Part shown: one piece after another, positions 1-10,556 of the stretch
Layout of the letters: each line of letters begins with the position of its first letter
Position numbering within the stretch: the first letter of the stretch is position 1
The notes under the pieces: model-generated
What the model was told of the DNA's origin: nothing
The model's input: only the letters and a program-made list of their open reading frames with translations
Database searches by the model: none
Program-made: the position numbers and the translations under genes
Virus record (IMG/VR): IMGVR_UViG_3300008107_000141
Length of the DNA stretch: 64,000 nucleotides
Reading direction: 5' to 3' (one strand)
DNA from: an uncultured virus (IMG/VR IMGVR_UViG_3300008107_000141)
Lineage: Duplodnaviria > Heunggongvirae > Uroviricota > Caudoviricetes

Positions 1-1
1 A

Positions 2-439
2 GGGTACACAATCGAAGACGACGTAGTATCAGCAAATACATCAGTTGTATACTTCCCAATCAAGTCAGGTCATCCAAGATCTGAAAAGGATGTTACATTG
101 TTTGAGAAGATTGCCCTTGCTGCAACTGCTCAGAAGTATTGGTCTGACAATGGTGTTTCTGTAACACTTTCATTTGACAAAGAAACAGAGTCAAAGCATG
201 TTGTTCCAGCACTTCATATGTACGAAGGACAACTAAAAGCAGTATCATTTCTTCCGATGGGCAATACCGTTTATCCTCAGCAACCATATACTCAGATTAC
301 TGAAGAAGAATATGAGTCATATATTGGTAAACTAAAGCATATTGACTTTAGTGCAATTTATGATGGTGTGGATAATCTTGAGGCTCAGGGCGAAGCATAC
401 TGCACAACAGACTACTGTGAAATTAAAATAAACAAGTAG
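2..439 (+). CDS. nrdJ: Class II (B12-dependent) ribonucleotide reductase, C-terminal part (5' end outside window)
   Basis: Frame is open from base 2 (GYTIEDDVVSANTSVVYFP...). It has Q..W.DNGVSVT, LKAVSFLP, YPQQPY and the C-terminal CTTDYC Cys pair typical of monomeric RTPR. Confidence 0.85.
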   Translation, partial: GYTIEDDVVSANTSVVYFPIKSGHPRSEKDVTLFEKIALAATAQKYWSDNGVSVTLSFDKETESKHVVPALHMYEGQLKAVSFLPMGNTVYPQQPYTQITEEEYESYIGKLKHIDFSAIYDGVDNLEAQGEAYCTTDYCEIKINK

Positions 440-446
440 TCTTCTG

Positions 447-455
447 TGGTAAAAT
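447..455 (+). promoter_or_regulatory. Extended -10 promoter TGGTAAAAT
   Basis: TGnTAnnnT motif 9 nt before ATG 465; the same motif recurs before many genes. Confidence 0.55.
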
Positions 456-464
456 AGACTCATT

Positions 465-3400
465 ATGTCTAGTCCTTCCAACCTATATGCAGAAAAAGTG
501 TTCTCGGAGCACCCTACTGGCCTATGGGCCTTGGATGATAATGCAGACTACGTCTCTTTAATTTCAGAGTCACAAAGAAACCTTTCAAATTGGACAATTA
601 TTGGCGGTACGTATGAAGCATACTCTCAATCAGTAGACGAACCATTTATAAATAGTTATGTGGGCAAAATAACAGCAACTCCCACAAACAGTGAGTCAGG
701 ATCTGTTACTGCCATAAGTAATGACATAATGGGGTTAAAAGATTTAAACGAGTACCTAAGAACATTTTGTGTTGGAGGATATTTTTATTCTGAAAGTTCT
801 TACATTTCTGGGTTTGAAATAGGGTATCAGTACGAAGACACAACAAGCGGACAAATAGTTACACATTTAAAAAATTATGATACTGTAATAAATAATAGTT
901 GGGTTTTTATATCAGAAACATTTGACACTCCTCCAGACGATACAAACTTTAGGTTAGTTTTTAAAATTAATTTTATTGGTGGTTCAGAAACTGAAGATGT
1001 GTTTTTAGTTAATGGAATAAGTCTTGGACAGTGGTCGGAAGAGTTTGCCTCAACCTCTCTTGGCGTTACTCCTATAGACATTCCATCAACAATATCAATT
1101 GCTCCACAAAAAGGAATAGTTGCAAAATGTTACGGATTGCAAGATTTGGATGCGTATTATTTGATTTCTGACAACATGCTAAAAGCAAAAAATTTAGGAA
1201 TTCCTATTGTTTATGGAACATCAAGTCTAACTGCCCTTTATCCAAATGGGTCGAATCCATCTCTAATAGTTCCTGGTGTGGGATTTTTAAATGAGTCTGG
1301 AAAATTTAGAGAGTATACTTTAGAAACTTGGCTTAGAATAAACTCTTATTCAAATGAAGTAAAAAGAATTATTGGTCCAGTTGCATCCAATGACGGTATT
1401 TATGTAGACGGTCCTTCTATCGGACTTAAGATTGGTTCTGAATATAAAACATATTATGTAGGAGAGTGGACAAGGCCAATGCTTGTTCATTTAAGAATAG
1501 GAAAAGATATTATTTCTTTGCTTATCAATGGTCAAGAGGTAATTTCTTTGGACTATTCTGTAAATTCGTTGTCAGTTCCATCAATGTTGAATCAAACCGA
1601 AAAGGATCAAGACTGGATTGGCTTTTATGCACACGAGGACATATATCCAATAGAAATAGACTGTGTAGGAATTTATCCTTATGTTGTCCCAACTGCCGTA
1701 GCAAAAAGAAGATTCGTTTTTGGTCAAGGAGTAGAAGTTCCAGAAAATATAAATACTTCTTATAGTGGAACATCTGTTTTTATTGATTATGCTTTTGCTG
1801 ATTATACTTCAAACTATTCTTATCCAAAAATTGGATCTTGGCAACAAGCATTTAACGATAATACATCAATAGTTAATAAGGCTTTGTCTGTACCATCTGC
1901 CCCACTTCCAAAAATATTTTTGTCATCAAAAACAGAGAGTGAGTTGTTCGCTAGTTGTAAAACCATACAGCAGTCAGATTCAGTAAACTTTTTTACATTT
2001 AGGCCAGACGCATCTTGGAACGATGTTTCAGGATATTTATTTTTTGAAAATTTTGATTTTATTAAAGAACCTACTTCTGCGTTTTATGGCTGTTTTAGGC
2101 TTCCTCAGTCTTCTAGCACTAAGCAAACGCTTTTTAGAATTGAAAAAGAAAACACAAGCAGTTATTTTGAAATAGAGTTGCTTAACAATCAAATTTCTTA
2201 TGTAATAAATTATGATGGAGTTTTAGAAACAATATACTCTCCAACAATAGCAGAGCCATTAGAGTTGATAGATATAGGACTAAACATTCCAGCGTTTATT
2301 TCAAGATTTGGAAATCCAGCAGCAGACTTTTTTGGATCTTTGTCAGATTTAAGAATGTATGTTGGTGGCAAAAAAAATGGAACTCAGACATTTACTGGAA
2401 AAATTTACAAGATAGGGTTTTGTAGTAAATACAATTTTCAAAAAATTAGATCTTTATTTAATGAAATAGGTGTCCCAGTTTGGAACGAAGACTTGTTTGC
2501 TATTTATCAAAATAATCAATTAATAAACATAGATGGAGGATTAGACACAACCTCTCTGCCACCATATGGCTCTGTAAATGATACTGCCAATGGTGCTATT
2601 AGTGGAGGTGGAGTCTTTATATCAGACGAAGACTTTCTTTTAGATCATACAGCAACATATACACTTGTACCAGATCAAGTTTTTGATACTTACAAACTTA
2701 CTGTTTCTGCAAACGCATATTGGGAAGATCAAATACCATTAACATATTTTGCAGAGTCTGTTTTGGATAAACGAGGAGACCAATATTTTGATCTTGATTT
2801 TATTCAGTTTAATGTTGATTATCCAGTAACGTCAAAAACAATTGCTATAGATAGTGAGCCAGTAGAATGGACATATGCAGATCTGGCAAATGAATATGGA
2901 ATTCCAATTCAAAGAACCTACGAATCGCTGGATAATTATTTGTTTACTGGATACAATGATTATGAAGATTTAAAAAATAAAATTGCAAAAGATTATAGGT
3001 ATGACACCGACGGCGCAGTTGTAAAAACCTACGTAACATTTCAGTACACAGAACTGGGAGCCAACCAAACACCATTTTATTTTACAAAAACAGAGAGGCC
3101 ATCTAGAAACGGAATATTGATTCCAAAATCAGATTGGATGACTACAAAATATGAAGTCGTAGATAACATGATTATTTATCCACCTTCTGGAGTAGATTTT
3201 AATGATCTTTCTATTGTAACCCATATAGACATTAATGTTAAAAACTCTCAGACAAACAATGTTAATATCAAAAAACTTTCTTACGCTTCTCAGGCATTAA
3301 ATGAATCAGACGGAAGCCCTATTGGTACAAGATTTGGCACACCTCTTTATCCATATACAAAGACTGGCATTTACTATAATTTTAAAAAGAACAATCCATT

Positions 3401-4181
3401 TTCAATATATACTGGATCATCTCCATATTTGTATTTAACAAAAAATAGCGGAATTCAGATAAAAGGACAATACGATCCTTTGGTAAATCGTGGATTGTCT
3501 ATTCCAATTAATCCTAGTAGAGCAAATAATTTTAAAGTAATTGCAGCGCAGATGGCTGTAAGATTTGATGGCGACTATTTCCCATATGCACCAACTCAAA
3601 TATTTGAAATAGAAAGCAAGTCATCATATATAAAGTTTTACATGGTTGCATGTGATCCTACTGGAAGAAGGGCAAAAGTCTATGGTATAGATGCCAAGAC
3701 TGGTCTAGTTCAAAATGGAATAGGTTTTTATTGGAACGGTAAAGTTGTTAAAGAGCCAGTCATAACTCTTCAAGAATGGGGCTTTTTGGGAATTAATTTT
3801 GCAGATAGTTTAGAGTTTTCATATTTTGAGGGGGCTGTAAGATTGACTGGGCCATTAGTATTCAACAGCATATCCTATTACCAATCAACAAATCTTCAAG
3901 AGGTTCAGAATATATCAGAAAGACCCTGGTTTAGGGTAAAGATTTTGTCTGGTGGCCCTTTGGACTGGGAGTTTTGGCATACTGGTCCATTTAACTGGAA
4001 CAAAGTTCTTGTTTTAACAGAGACCAGTTACTATGGAGTAAATCCTTCAGAGGTGTATAAGAGTTATACAGGAACCAATAAGATAATTGTAGGGGATAAT
4101 GTTCCAATAAGTGTTGGAAACTACGGTTACTCATTATACAATGACATATTCTGGAACAAATTTACTGTTGATCCAGTTTAA
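465..4181 (+). CDS. Large virion structural protein with concanavalin/LamG-like beta-sandwich regions
   Basis: 1238 aa, beta-rich. N-terminal HPTGLWALDD and YTLETWLRIN...LLINGQEV resemble LamG motifs. Lies upstream of the portal gene. Confidence 0.5.
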   Translation: MSSPSNLYAEKVFSEHPTGLWALDDNADYVSLISESQRNLSNWTIIGGTYEAYSQSVDEPFINSYVGKITATPTNSESGSVTAISNDIMGLKDLNEYLRTFCVGGYFYSESSYISGFEIGYQYEDTTSGQIVTHLKNYDTVINNSWVFISETFDTPPDDTNFRLVFKINFIGGSETEDVFLVNGISLGQWSEEFASTSLGVTPIDIPSTISIAPQKGIVAKCYGLQDLDAYYLISDNMLKAKNLGIPIVYGTSSLTALYPNGSNPSLIVPGVGFLNESGKFREYTLETWLRINSYSNEVKRIIGPVASNDGIYVDGPSIGLKIGSEYKTYYVGEWTRPMLVHLRIGKDIISLLINGQEVISLDYSVNSLSVPSMLNQTEKDQDWIGFYAHEDIYPIEIDCVGIYPYVVPTAVAKRRFVFGQGVEVPENINTSYSGTSVFIDYAFADYTSNYSYPKIGSWQQAFNDNTSIVNKALSVPSAPLPKIFLSSKTESELFASCKTIQQSDSVNFFTFRPDASWNDVSGYLFFENFDFIKEPTSAFYGCFRLPQSSSTKQTLFRIEKENTSSYFEIELLNNQISYVINYDGVLETIYSPTIAEPLELIDIGLNIPAFISRFGNPAADFFGSLSDLRMYVGGKKNGTQTFTGKIYKIGFCSKYNFQKIRSLFNEIGVPVWNEDLFAIYQNNQLINIDGGLDTTSLPPYGSVNDTANGAISGGGVFISDEDFLLDHTATYTLVPDQVFDTYKLTVSANAYWEDQIPLTYFAESVLDKRGDQYFDLDFIQFNVDYPVTSKTIAIDSEPVEWTYADLANEYGIPIQRTYESLDNYLFTGYNDYEDLKNKIAKDYRYDTDGAVVKTYVTFQYTELGANQTPFYFTKTERPSRNGILIPKSDWMTTKYEVVDNMIIYPPSGVDFNDLSIVTHIDINVKNSQTNNVNIKKLSYASQALNESDGSPIGTRFGTPLYPYTKTGIYYNFKKNNPFSIYTGSSPYLYLTKNSGIQIKGQYDPLVNRGLSIPINPSRANNFKVIAAQMAVRFDGDYFPYAPTQIFEIESKSSYIKFYMVACDPTGRRAKVYGIDAKTGLVQNGIGFYWNGKVVKEPVITLQEWGFLGINFADSLEFSYFEGAVRLTGPLVFNSISYYQSTNLQEVQNISERPWFRVKILSGGPLDWEFWHTGPFNWNKVLVLTETSYYGVNPSEVYKSYTGTNKIIVGDNVPISVGNYGYSLYNDIFWNKFTVDPV

Positions 4182-4183
4182 TA

Positions 4184-4192
4184 TGGTATACT
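4184..4192 (+). promoter_or_regulatory. Extended -10 promoter, leaderless transcript
   Basis: TGGTATACT, then 7 nt, then ATG 4200; no SD. Confidence 0.65.
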
Positions 4193-4199
4193 TATTGTC

Positions 4200-4586
4200 A
4201 TGGATTCATTAATAAACCCAAAAACTGGTAAGCCAATTGTACAAAATGTACGACGTAAAGTAATTGAAAAGAATTACAATTGGGGTCTTTATGTATATAA
4301 AAGGTCAAATGGCAAGTGGTTTACAGACGGACATGGGTCAGTTTTAAATATTCCATCTGAAAAGGGAGATATTTCCAAAATTGCAGAACTAAAAAAAGTT
4401 GCAATGTATTACGGAGACCCTGGAGATGGCGAAGCAATTTTTGTTCCAGGCGGGACCAGGGTATCAGAAGAAGAGTATTCTGAGCAAGTAGACAGAATGA
4501 AGTCAGGCCTTATTCCATCCCTAAATGACTTGGGTGCTGTACAAGCAGCAAAAGATACAATTGCTAAGTATGGAGATGAGGATTAA
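4200..4586 (+). CDS. Hypothetical protein preceding portal
   Basis: 128-aa ORF with its own promoter, abutting the portal gene. Confidence 0.75.
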   Translation: MDSLINPKTGKPIVQNVRRKVIEKNYNWGLYVYKRSNGKWFTDGHGSVLNIPSEKGDISKIAELKKVAMYYGDPGDGEAIFVPGGTRVSEEEYSEQVDRMKSGLIPSLNDLGAVQAAKDTIAKYGDED

Positions 4587-4587
4587 T

Positions 4588-6174
4588 ATGGAAGAGTATA
4601 CAATTAGTGCAAAGATTGACGATGCTATCAAAAAGGAAGATCCGTTTGCAAAATCAGATCCGTTTGCAAATAACTGGGACACACTAAAAACATTAGACGG
4701 TCTAGACTCAAACTTTAAAAGAAGAACCAGTAGGCTATCTACCAAAGCGTTGCAACCAACACCACAATATACAACCGCAGCGTTAGCAGGAAAAAGCGGT
4801 ATTGATGGAGCACAGTCAAAAGAAATTAATCCAGGGCTAGTATATGTAAACGGCTATGGAATGTTTGACGTTATTACACCGCCTTGGAATCTGTATGAAT
4901 TAGCAAACTACTACGATACATCATTTGCAAATCATGCAGCAATTGATGCCAAGGTAGAGAATATAGTTGGACTTGGTTACGAGTTTAAGGTTTCTCCAAG
5001 AACCATGATGAGGCTCGAATCATCAGAAGATAACAGCGCAACACAAAAAGCAAGAAAAAGAATTGAAAGAGCAAAGATTGAAATGCGTGACTGGCTAGAG
5101 TCTCTTAATGACGATGACTCTTTTACTGCAACGATGGAAAAGGTTTACACAGATCTTCAGTCTACTGGAAATGGATACCTAGAAATAGGAAGAACAACTC
5201 GTGGAGAAATTGGATATGTTGGTCACATTCCAGCAACAACCATGAGAGTCAGAAGATTGAAAGATGGGTATGTTCAGATTATTGGAAATAAGATTGTTTA
5301 CTTCCGAAATTTTGGAGCAAAAAATCCTAATCCTCTTACAACAGATTCACGTCCAAATGAGATAATTCACTTCAAACAATACTCACCTCTTAATACGTTT
5401 TATGGAGTGCCAGACATTATGTCAGCAATTAACTCATTGCACGGAGACTCTCTTGCCTCTCAGTACAATATTGACTACTTTGCAAATAAGGCAGTTCCAA
5501 GATATGTTGTAACATTAAAGGGTGCAAAACTTTCTGGAGATGCAGAAGACAAGATGTTTAGATTCCTGCAAACAAACCTAAGAGGACAGTCTCATCGAAC
5601 TCTTTATATTCCACTACCAGGTGATACAGAAAACAATAAGGTAGAATTTAAGATGGATCCTATTGAAGATGGTATACAGGATGGATCCTTTAAAGAGTAT
5701 CGTAAGCAAAATCGTGATGATATTTTGGTAGCACATCAAGTGCCACTTTCAAAACTAGGCGGTAGTGATTCTGCATCTATAGCAGCAGCGCTTGCACAAG
5801 ATCGCACCTTTAAAGAGCAAGTTGCTCGCCCAGCGCAACGACAACTAGAAAAAATGATTAATAAGATCATTCGTGAAAAAACAGACATACTTGAGTTTGT
5901 GTTTAATGAGTTAACTTTGACTGATGAAATTGCACAGTCTCAGATACTTGAGAGATATGTTAAGAATCAAATTATAACTCCAAACGAAGCAAGAGTTATT
6001 CTTGATATGCCACAGCGAGAGGGTGGAGACGAAGTACTACAGTTGAAACCAGAGGCTGCAGCAGAGGCAACTACATCAAGGTCTAGAGATTCAGAGAGAA
6101 CAAACAACAACTCTGATAGTACATCAACAGTCGCTGGAAGAAATCCAAAGGGTGAAGGTAGAAAAACTCCCTAA
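4588..6174 (+). CDS. Portal protein (HK97/PBSX-like)
   Basis: GNGYLEI, HIPATTMRV, EIIHFKQYSPLNTFYGVP, I.TPNEAR..L.M motifs. Start taken at ATG 4588 after the upstream stop. Confidence 0.9.
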   Translation: MEEYTISAKIDDAIKKEDPFAKSDPFANNWDTLKTLDGLDSNFKRRTSRLSTKALQPTPQYTTAALAGKSGIDGAQSKEINPGLVYVNGYGMFDVITPPWNLYELANYYDTSFANHAAIDAKVENIVGLGYEFKVSPRTMMRLESSEDNSATQKARKRIERAKIEMRDWLESLNDDDSFTATMEKVYTDLQSTGNGYLEIGRTTRGEIGYVGHIPATTMRVRRLKDGYVQIIGNKIVYFRNFGAKNPNPLTTDSRPNEIIHFKQYSPLNTFYGVPDIMSAINSLHGDSLASQYNIDYFANKAVPRYVVTLKGAKLSGDAEDKMFRFLQTNLRGQSHRTLYIPLPGDTENNKVEFKMDPIEDGIQDGSFKEYRKQNRDDILVAHQVPLSKLGGSDSASIAAALAQDRTFKEQVARPAQRQLEKMINKIIREKTDILEFVFNELTLTDEIAQSQILERYVKNQIITPNEARVILDMPQREGGDEVLQLKPEAAAEATTSRSRDSERTNNNSDSTSTVAGRNPKGEGRKTP

Positions 6175-6226
6175 TGTCCGATTTGTCCAGAATGTGATAC
6201 TTGTATAAAATGGAGGGTATAATATA

Positions 6227-7564
6227 GTGGTGACCAATATATCTAAAGCCCATTGGAACTCCGATGGGGATAATCTTCGTCTCTCAATGCCTTTTAGTAA
6301 GGTAGATAAGGAAAGACGTATTGTTTCAGGTTTCGCTTCATTAGACAACCTAGACAAACAAAACGATATAGTTACTTCAGAGGCTTCTATGAAGGCCTTT
6401 GCAAAGTTTAGAGGCAATATTCGTGAGATGCATCAGCCATTGGCTGTTGGAAAAATGATTAATTTTAAGGAAGACAAATACTTTGATCCAGACTCTAAGA
6501 AGTTTTATTCTGGAGTTTTTGTCTCCGCATACGTATCAAAAGGCGCACAAGACACATGGGAAAAAGTTCTAGATGGAACCCTTACTGGTTTTTCTATTGG
6601 CGGTAAAATGAATAAGTGGGATGATGGTTATGATGAAAAGTCTGATTCTACAATTAGAATTATTAAAGACTATGACCTAATAGAGTTGAGTCTGGTTGAC
6701 TCGCCAGCAAATCAATTTGCGAACATTGTATCGATTGAAAAAGTTGACGGCGTAGATGTTATTAAAGCAGACTCAACTGTTCTAGAAAATGTTTTTTACG
6801 ACAAAGAAAACGGTATAGTAATCTCATCTGAAAATGAATCAGAACTTAGCCCAATCAGCGGAGAACAGATGGAAAACATAGGATTCGTTGAAAAAACGGA
6901 TAACGAAAAAACAACAATGATAAAATTCTTAGTCGATAGTGCTAAAGGCATTAATACTTCTAAGATGAACAAGGAGGTACAACATATGACAAAATCAAAG
7001 ACACAAGTTGAAAAGACAGATGTAGTTGAAGATGTTGTGGTCGCTCCAGAGGCAGATGCATCAGTTGCAGAAGTTACTGAACAAGTTGCTAAGGCAGACG
7101 AAGTTGAAACGACTGAAGTTGTTAAGACAGAAGAAGCCGTGGCAGAAGAAATTACTAAGGCAGAAGATGCTGAAGCAATTGAAACAGTAACCGAGGCAGT
7201 TGTAGAAGTATCTAAATCAGAAGAAGTAATTGCTGAGGCAGTTACCGAAATGAAAAATACTCTAGAATCAGCCTTTAGCGATCTAGTGTCAACAGTAAAG
7301 GCTTTGCAGGCAGAAGTAGAACTTCTTAAGTCTACAAAGGTCGATGTTGATACTGTTAAGAATTCATTTGATGCCGTTGCAAAAGATATTGCAGCAGTAA
7401 CAAGTGAATTTAATGAATTTGGAAAACGAGTAGACGCTGTGGAAGCAGACACCGCATTCCGAAAGTCTGGAGATATCGGCGATATCTTCCAGTCTCAGCC
7501 TGAAATGGTTGAAAAATCCCTATGGGGCGGTAGTTTCCTCAAAACAGCCGATCTATTCAAATGA
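6227..7564 (+). CDS. HK97-type prohead protease fused to acidic scaffold
   Basis: RIVSGFAS..D.Q.D, REMH, GFSIGG and ELSLVDSPAN, followed by an E/V/A-rich coiled coil. Confidence 0.9.
   Translation: MVTNISKAHWNSDGDNLRLSMPFSKVDKERRIVSGFASLDNLDKQNDIVTSEASMKAFAKFRGNIREMHQPLAVGKMINFKEDKYFDPDSKKFYSGVFVSAYVSKGAQDTWEKVLDGTLTGFSIGGKMNKWDDGYDEKSDSTIRIIKDYDLIELSLVDSPANQFANIVSIEKVDGVDVIKADSTVLENVFYDKENGIVISSENESELSPISGEQMENIGFVEKTDNEKTTMIKFLVDSAKGINTSKMNKEVQHMTKSKTQVEKTDVVEDVVVAPEADASVAEVTEQVAKADEVETTEVVKTEEAVAEEITKAEDAEAIETVTEAVVEVSKSEEVIAEAVTEMKNTLESAFSDLVSTVKALQAEVELLKSTKVDVDTVKNSFDAVAKDIAAVTSEFNEFGKRVDAVEADTAFRKSGDIGDIFQSQPEMVEKSLWGGSFLKTADLFK
6986..7564 (+). CDS. Nested in-frame scaffold protein (internal start in protease gene)
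   Basis: Strong SD AAGGAGGT at 6971-6978 precedes in-frame ATG 6986 at the start of the acidic region. Confidence 0.6.
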   Translation: MTKSKTQVEKTDVVEDVVVAPEADASVAEVTEQVAKADEVETTEVVKTEEAVAEEITKAEDAEAIETVTEAVVEVSKSEEVIAEAVTEMKNTLESAFSDLVSTVKALQAEVELLKSTKVDVDTVKNSFDAVAKDIAAVTSEFNEFGKRVDAVEADTAFRKSGDIGDIFQSQPEMVEKSLWGGSFLKTADLFK

Positions 7565-7587
7565 ACAAATCACTAGGAGGTGACAAT

Positions 7588-8721
7588 ATGTCAGAAGAAA
7601 TAATCAAAAACCAGCCAGGCGCATCTGGAGATCTAGGTGGAACAGCCCCAGGTCTTTATCAGGGCCAAGGTGCATTCGCATCAGGCGGTATTGGTGGAGT
7701 AACAAATCCAGGTGCAGATACACTTGGTAACATTCCAACAGCAACGCTAGGAACAACTAGCGGAGCAAATGCTGTTAACCCTAGTGGTTCAGCGGCTTCT
7801 GGAATTTTGCGCCCCGAGCAGGCTCGTCGTTTTATCGACTATGTTTGGGACGCTACAGTGTTAGCAAAGGATGGCCGTCGTGTAACAATGAAGGCTAACT
7901 CAATGGAACTTGAGAAGATTAACGTAGGTGAGCGTGTAATTCGTGCTGCAGCACAAGCAGTAGGTAACTACACAAACACAGGCGCAACCTTCTCCAAGGT
8001 CGAACTTACTACCAAGAAGATTCGTCTTGATTGGGAAGTAACTGCAGAATCTTTGGAAGATGGTGTCGAAGGTGATGCTCTAGAAGATCACTTAGTACGC
8101 TTGATGACCAACGCATTCGCAAATGATATCGAAGATCTCGCTATCAATGGTGATGGTGCAACAGGAGCATTCTTGTCAATCATGCCAGGCTTTATCAATA
8201 AGGTAAAGACAAATGGAGATGCACATGAGTCAGTCGTGACCGTAGCAGATAATGCTTGGACACCTAGCGTCATGCAGGGCATCATCAATGCAATGCCACG
8301 TAAGTACCGTGCACTTAAGAACAATCTTAAGTTCTACGCAGGTACAGACGCATTCGGTGGAATCGTTAAGAACAACGGTACACTTGCAGATGCAGTTGCT
8401 GAAGCGTTTGCTGGACAAGTTCCAGGAAGCACTCAAGCAAACCGTCAGAACTATCTCGACGGTATTGGACAGACATTCGGTGGAGCACGTACAACTCGTG
8501 TTCTCGGAATTGAAGTTCAAGAAGTTCCTTACTACCCAGAAGGCTATATCGATTTGACATTCCCTGCCAACCGTGTTTGGGGATTCCAGAGAGATATTAC
8601 TGTAAACCGTGAGTACGTAGCGAAGAAGGATACAATTGAATATACTGTATTCGTTCGCTTCGGTATTCAATGGGAAGAAGAGGATGCAATTGCATTCGCT
8701 GACGCTTCAGCAGATGAGTAA
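7588..8721 (+). CDS. Major capsid protein (HK97 fold)
   Basis: SD AGGAGG before ATG 7588. Motifs GILRPEQARRFID, VELTTKKIRLDWEV, EDLAINGD. Highly biased codons; follows the protease. Confidence 0.9.
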   Translation: MSEEIIKNQPGASGDLGGTAPGLYQGQGAFASGGIGGVTNPGADTLGNIPTATLGTTSGANAVNPSGSAASGILRPEQARRFIDYVWDATVLAKDGRRVTMKANSMELEKINVGERVIRAAAQAVGNYTNTGATFSKVELTTKKIRLDWEVTAESLEDGVEGDALEDHLVRLMTNAFANDIEDLAINGDGATGAFLSIMPGFINKVKTNGDAHESVVTVADNAWTPSVMQGIINAMPRKYRALKNNLKFYAGTDAFGGIVKNNGTLADAVAEAFAGQVPGSTQANRQNYLDGIGQTFGGARTTRVLGIEVQEVPYYPEGYIDLTFPANRVWGFQRDITVNREYVAKKDTIEYTVFVRFGIQWEEEDAIAFADASADE

Positions 8722-8742
8722 TCTGTAGAAGTAACCTTTTAT

Positions 8743-8775
8743 GGGGGGCGGGAGTTCACTCTCCTGTCCCCCTTA
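8743..8775 (+). terminator. Hairpin after capsid gene (probable terminator)
   Basis: GGGGGGCGGGAG-TTCACT-CTCCTGTCCCCC, followed by promoter TGATATAAT at 8785-8793. Confidence 0.6.
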
Positions 8776-8811
8776 ATACTTTAGTGATATAATACAAACA
8801 AGGAGGATATT

Positions 8812-9219
8812 ATGGAAAACAATGAATATAACAAGCCATTCGTAGCAGAAAATGCACCAGAGCCTATTGTTGCTGAAACACCAGTAGAGCCTGCTGCAGA
8901 GCCTGTCGTAGAGCCAGTTGTTGTAGAAGCGCCAGCAAAGGTTGAAGAGCCAGCAGCAGAGCCAGTTCAAGCGCTAGGATTTACAAATACAGGTGCTATT
9001 GGATCAATGGCAGCAGACGGTCCAAAGAAGACTGTTAAGCCAGCAAATCAAGATGGAGACAAGGTGGCCATTCACTCAACAAAGAATGTTCGTTGGGAAG
9101 AAGTTGGAACACTTTACAGAGGTTACAATATTGTAACAAAAGAGCAAGCAGACAAGTGGCTTACTCGCTCACATGTCCGTGTTGCAACACCCGAAGAAGT
9201 AAAAAAGGTTTTAGGGTAA
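8812..9219 (+). CDS. Hypothetical protein with Pro/Glu-rich N-terminus (head-associated?)
   Basis: SD AGGAGG; EP/AEP low-complexity N-terminus; lies after the capsid gene. Confidence 0.65.
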   Translation: MENNEYNKPFVAENAPEPIVAETPVEPAAEPVVEPVVVEAPAKVEEPAAEPVQALGFTNTGAIGSMAADGPKKTVKPANQDGDKVAIHSTKNVRWEEVGTLYRGYNIVTKEQADKWLTRSHVRVATPEEVKKVLG

Positions 9220-9225
9220 TATAGT

Positions 9226-10107
9226 ATGGAGATATTGAGAGTTCCGCCATACGCAGATATACCAGTTACTTACACTATTCCTTCGTCTATCGTAAATGAA
9301 GATGTAACTGTTTTAGTAACTGATATGGCGGACCTTTCTGTATCCACACTAGAATTTCCAGAACTTTCTACAGGGGACACTCTAACTATAAACCTTCCTG
9401 GAAGGTATGACTCTGAGTATAGGGTAGAAGTAAAAATTATAGATGATGTTATTATTGACGATACATATGAGGTAACTAGACCGTATGTGGATCCGTCCAC
9501 AAAGGGAAACACTGCTTCTGACATTGCTGCATATGCAGATAGTGAAGGTATAGCAAGAGCAATAATTGATTCAATTGTTGGAGAAGGTTTTTATTATAAG
9601 AAAAAGGTTTTAAATTTTACAGGAACTGGATCAGACTATTTACCTATCTGGGATGATGTAAAAAAGGTTTTAAGTGTATACGAAAATAACAAATTGGTAA
9701 CAGATAGAGAATATGAAGTAACATCTGATAAAACAGCAATTGTTGAAAAGTCAACAGACAATATTAATCGTGCAGAGTCAGCCCCACTTGTTCTGCCAGC
9801 AGCGTCTTCGGATTCTCTAGATCCACAATTTATTTACAGAGGATTTGGCAAAACATGGGACTACAGAATAACAGTTGAGTACGGTTACTCCAATGTTCCA
9901 TCAGATATTGTAAAAGCAACTGAGATGCTTGTTCACGATATAGACTGTGGAAAGTTAGATTATTATAAGAGATTTATTTCTTCGTACAATACAGATCAAT
10001 ATAGAATTCAGTTTGACAAAGGTCTTTTCGAGGGAACGGGAAATATACTTGTAGACAAGATACTTTCAAAGTATACTAAGTCTATTACAAAACTTGGGGT
10101 GTTGTAA
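9226..10107 (+). CDS. Head-tail adaptor-like protein
   Basis: ITVEYGYSNVPSDIVKAT motif typical of adaptors; synteny. Confidence 0.6.
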   Translation: MEILRVPPYADIPVTYTIPSSIVNEDVTVLVTDMADLSVSTLEFPELSTGDTLTINLPGRYDSEYRVEVKIIDDVIIDDTYEVTRPYVDPSTKGNTASDIAAYADSEGIARAIIDSIVGEGFYYKKKVLNFTGTGSDYLPIWDDVKKVLSVYENNKLVTDREYEVTSDKTAIVEKSTDNINRAESAPLVLPAASSDSLDPQFIYRGFGKTWDYRITVEYGYSNVPSDIVKATEMLVHDIDCGKLDYYKRFISSYNTDQYRIQFDKGLFEGTGNILVDKILSKYTKSITKLGVL

Positions 10108-10556
10108 TGACAATATGCGAAACCCCAGACTTTATGTTTCCAATGCAAGCATCTTTGTATCATCCAATAGTTGAGCAAGGTGACTTTGGTGCAATAAAAA
10201 AGCAATGGGTTTTAGATAGGGTTATTGCATGTAACTTTAGTTCTGGTGGAACTGCTTTTAAAGAAGAAGTTAAGCCAAATGTTAATATAACCCAACATTC
10301 AATTTTAATTGGAAGAGTAAAATCAGACATAAGGATGTCATCCAGAGATGCTAAAAATTCTTTAACAAACATACTAATAACAGATATTAAAGATCAAGAG
10401 GGCAACCTGATCTACTTAGAAACATCTGGGCCAAGATCTGGCAAAGGAACGCTGTTTGAGATAGCAACATATGAGCCATTTGTTGGCCCATTCGGAACAG
10501 TTGAATCTTACAAACTAGTTATAAGAAGATCAGAAAATCAAACAGGTGATGTATGA
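10107..10556 (+). CDS. Putative head-tail stopper
   Basis: Synteny and size; translationally coupled to the upstream gene. Confidence 0.45.
   Translation: MTICETPDFMFPMQASLYHPIVEQGDFGAIKKQWVLDRVIACNFSSGGTAFKEEVKPNVNITQHSILIGRVKSDIRMSSRDAKNSLTNILITDIKDQEGNLIYLETSGPRSGKGTLFEIATYEPFVGPFGTVESYKLVIRRSENQTGDV

Noticed and set aside
4638..4672. Short tandem duplication AGATCCGTTTGCAAA in the portal 5' end (DPFAKSDPFAN)
   Set aside because: Only two in-frame copies in a variable N-terminus; no evidence of function.
6796..7452. 218-aa antisense ORF (also 14283-14813, 42914-43459, 44149-44640, 44845-45288 and similar)
   Set aside because: These are shadows of strongly codon-biased or low-complexity plus-strand genes, with no RBS or recognisable motifs.
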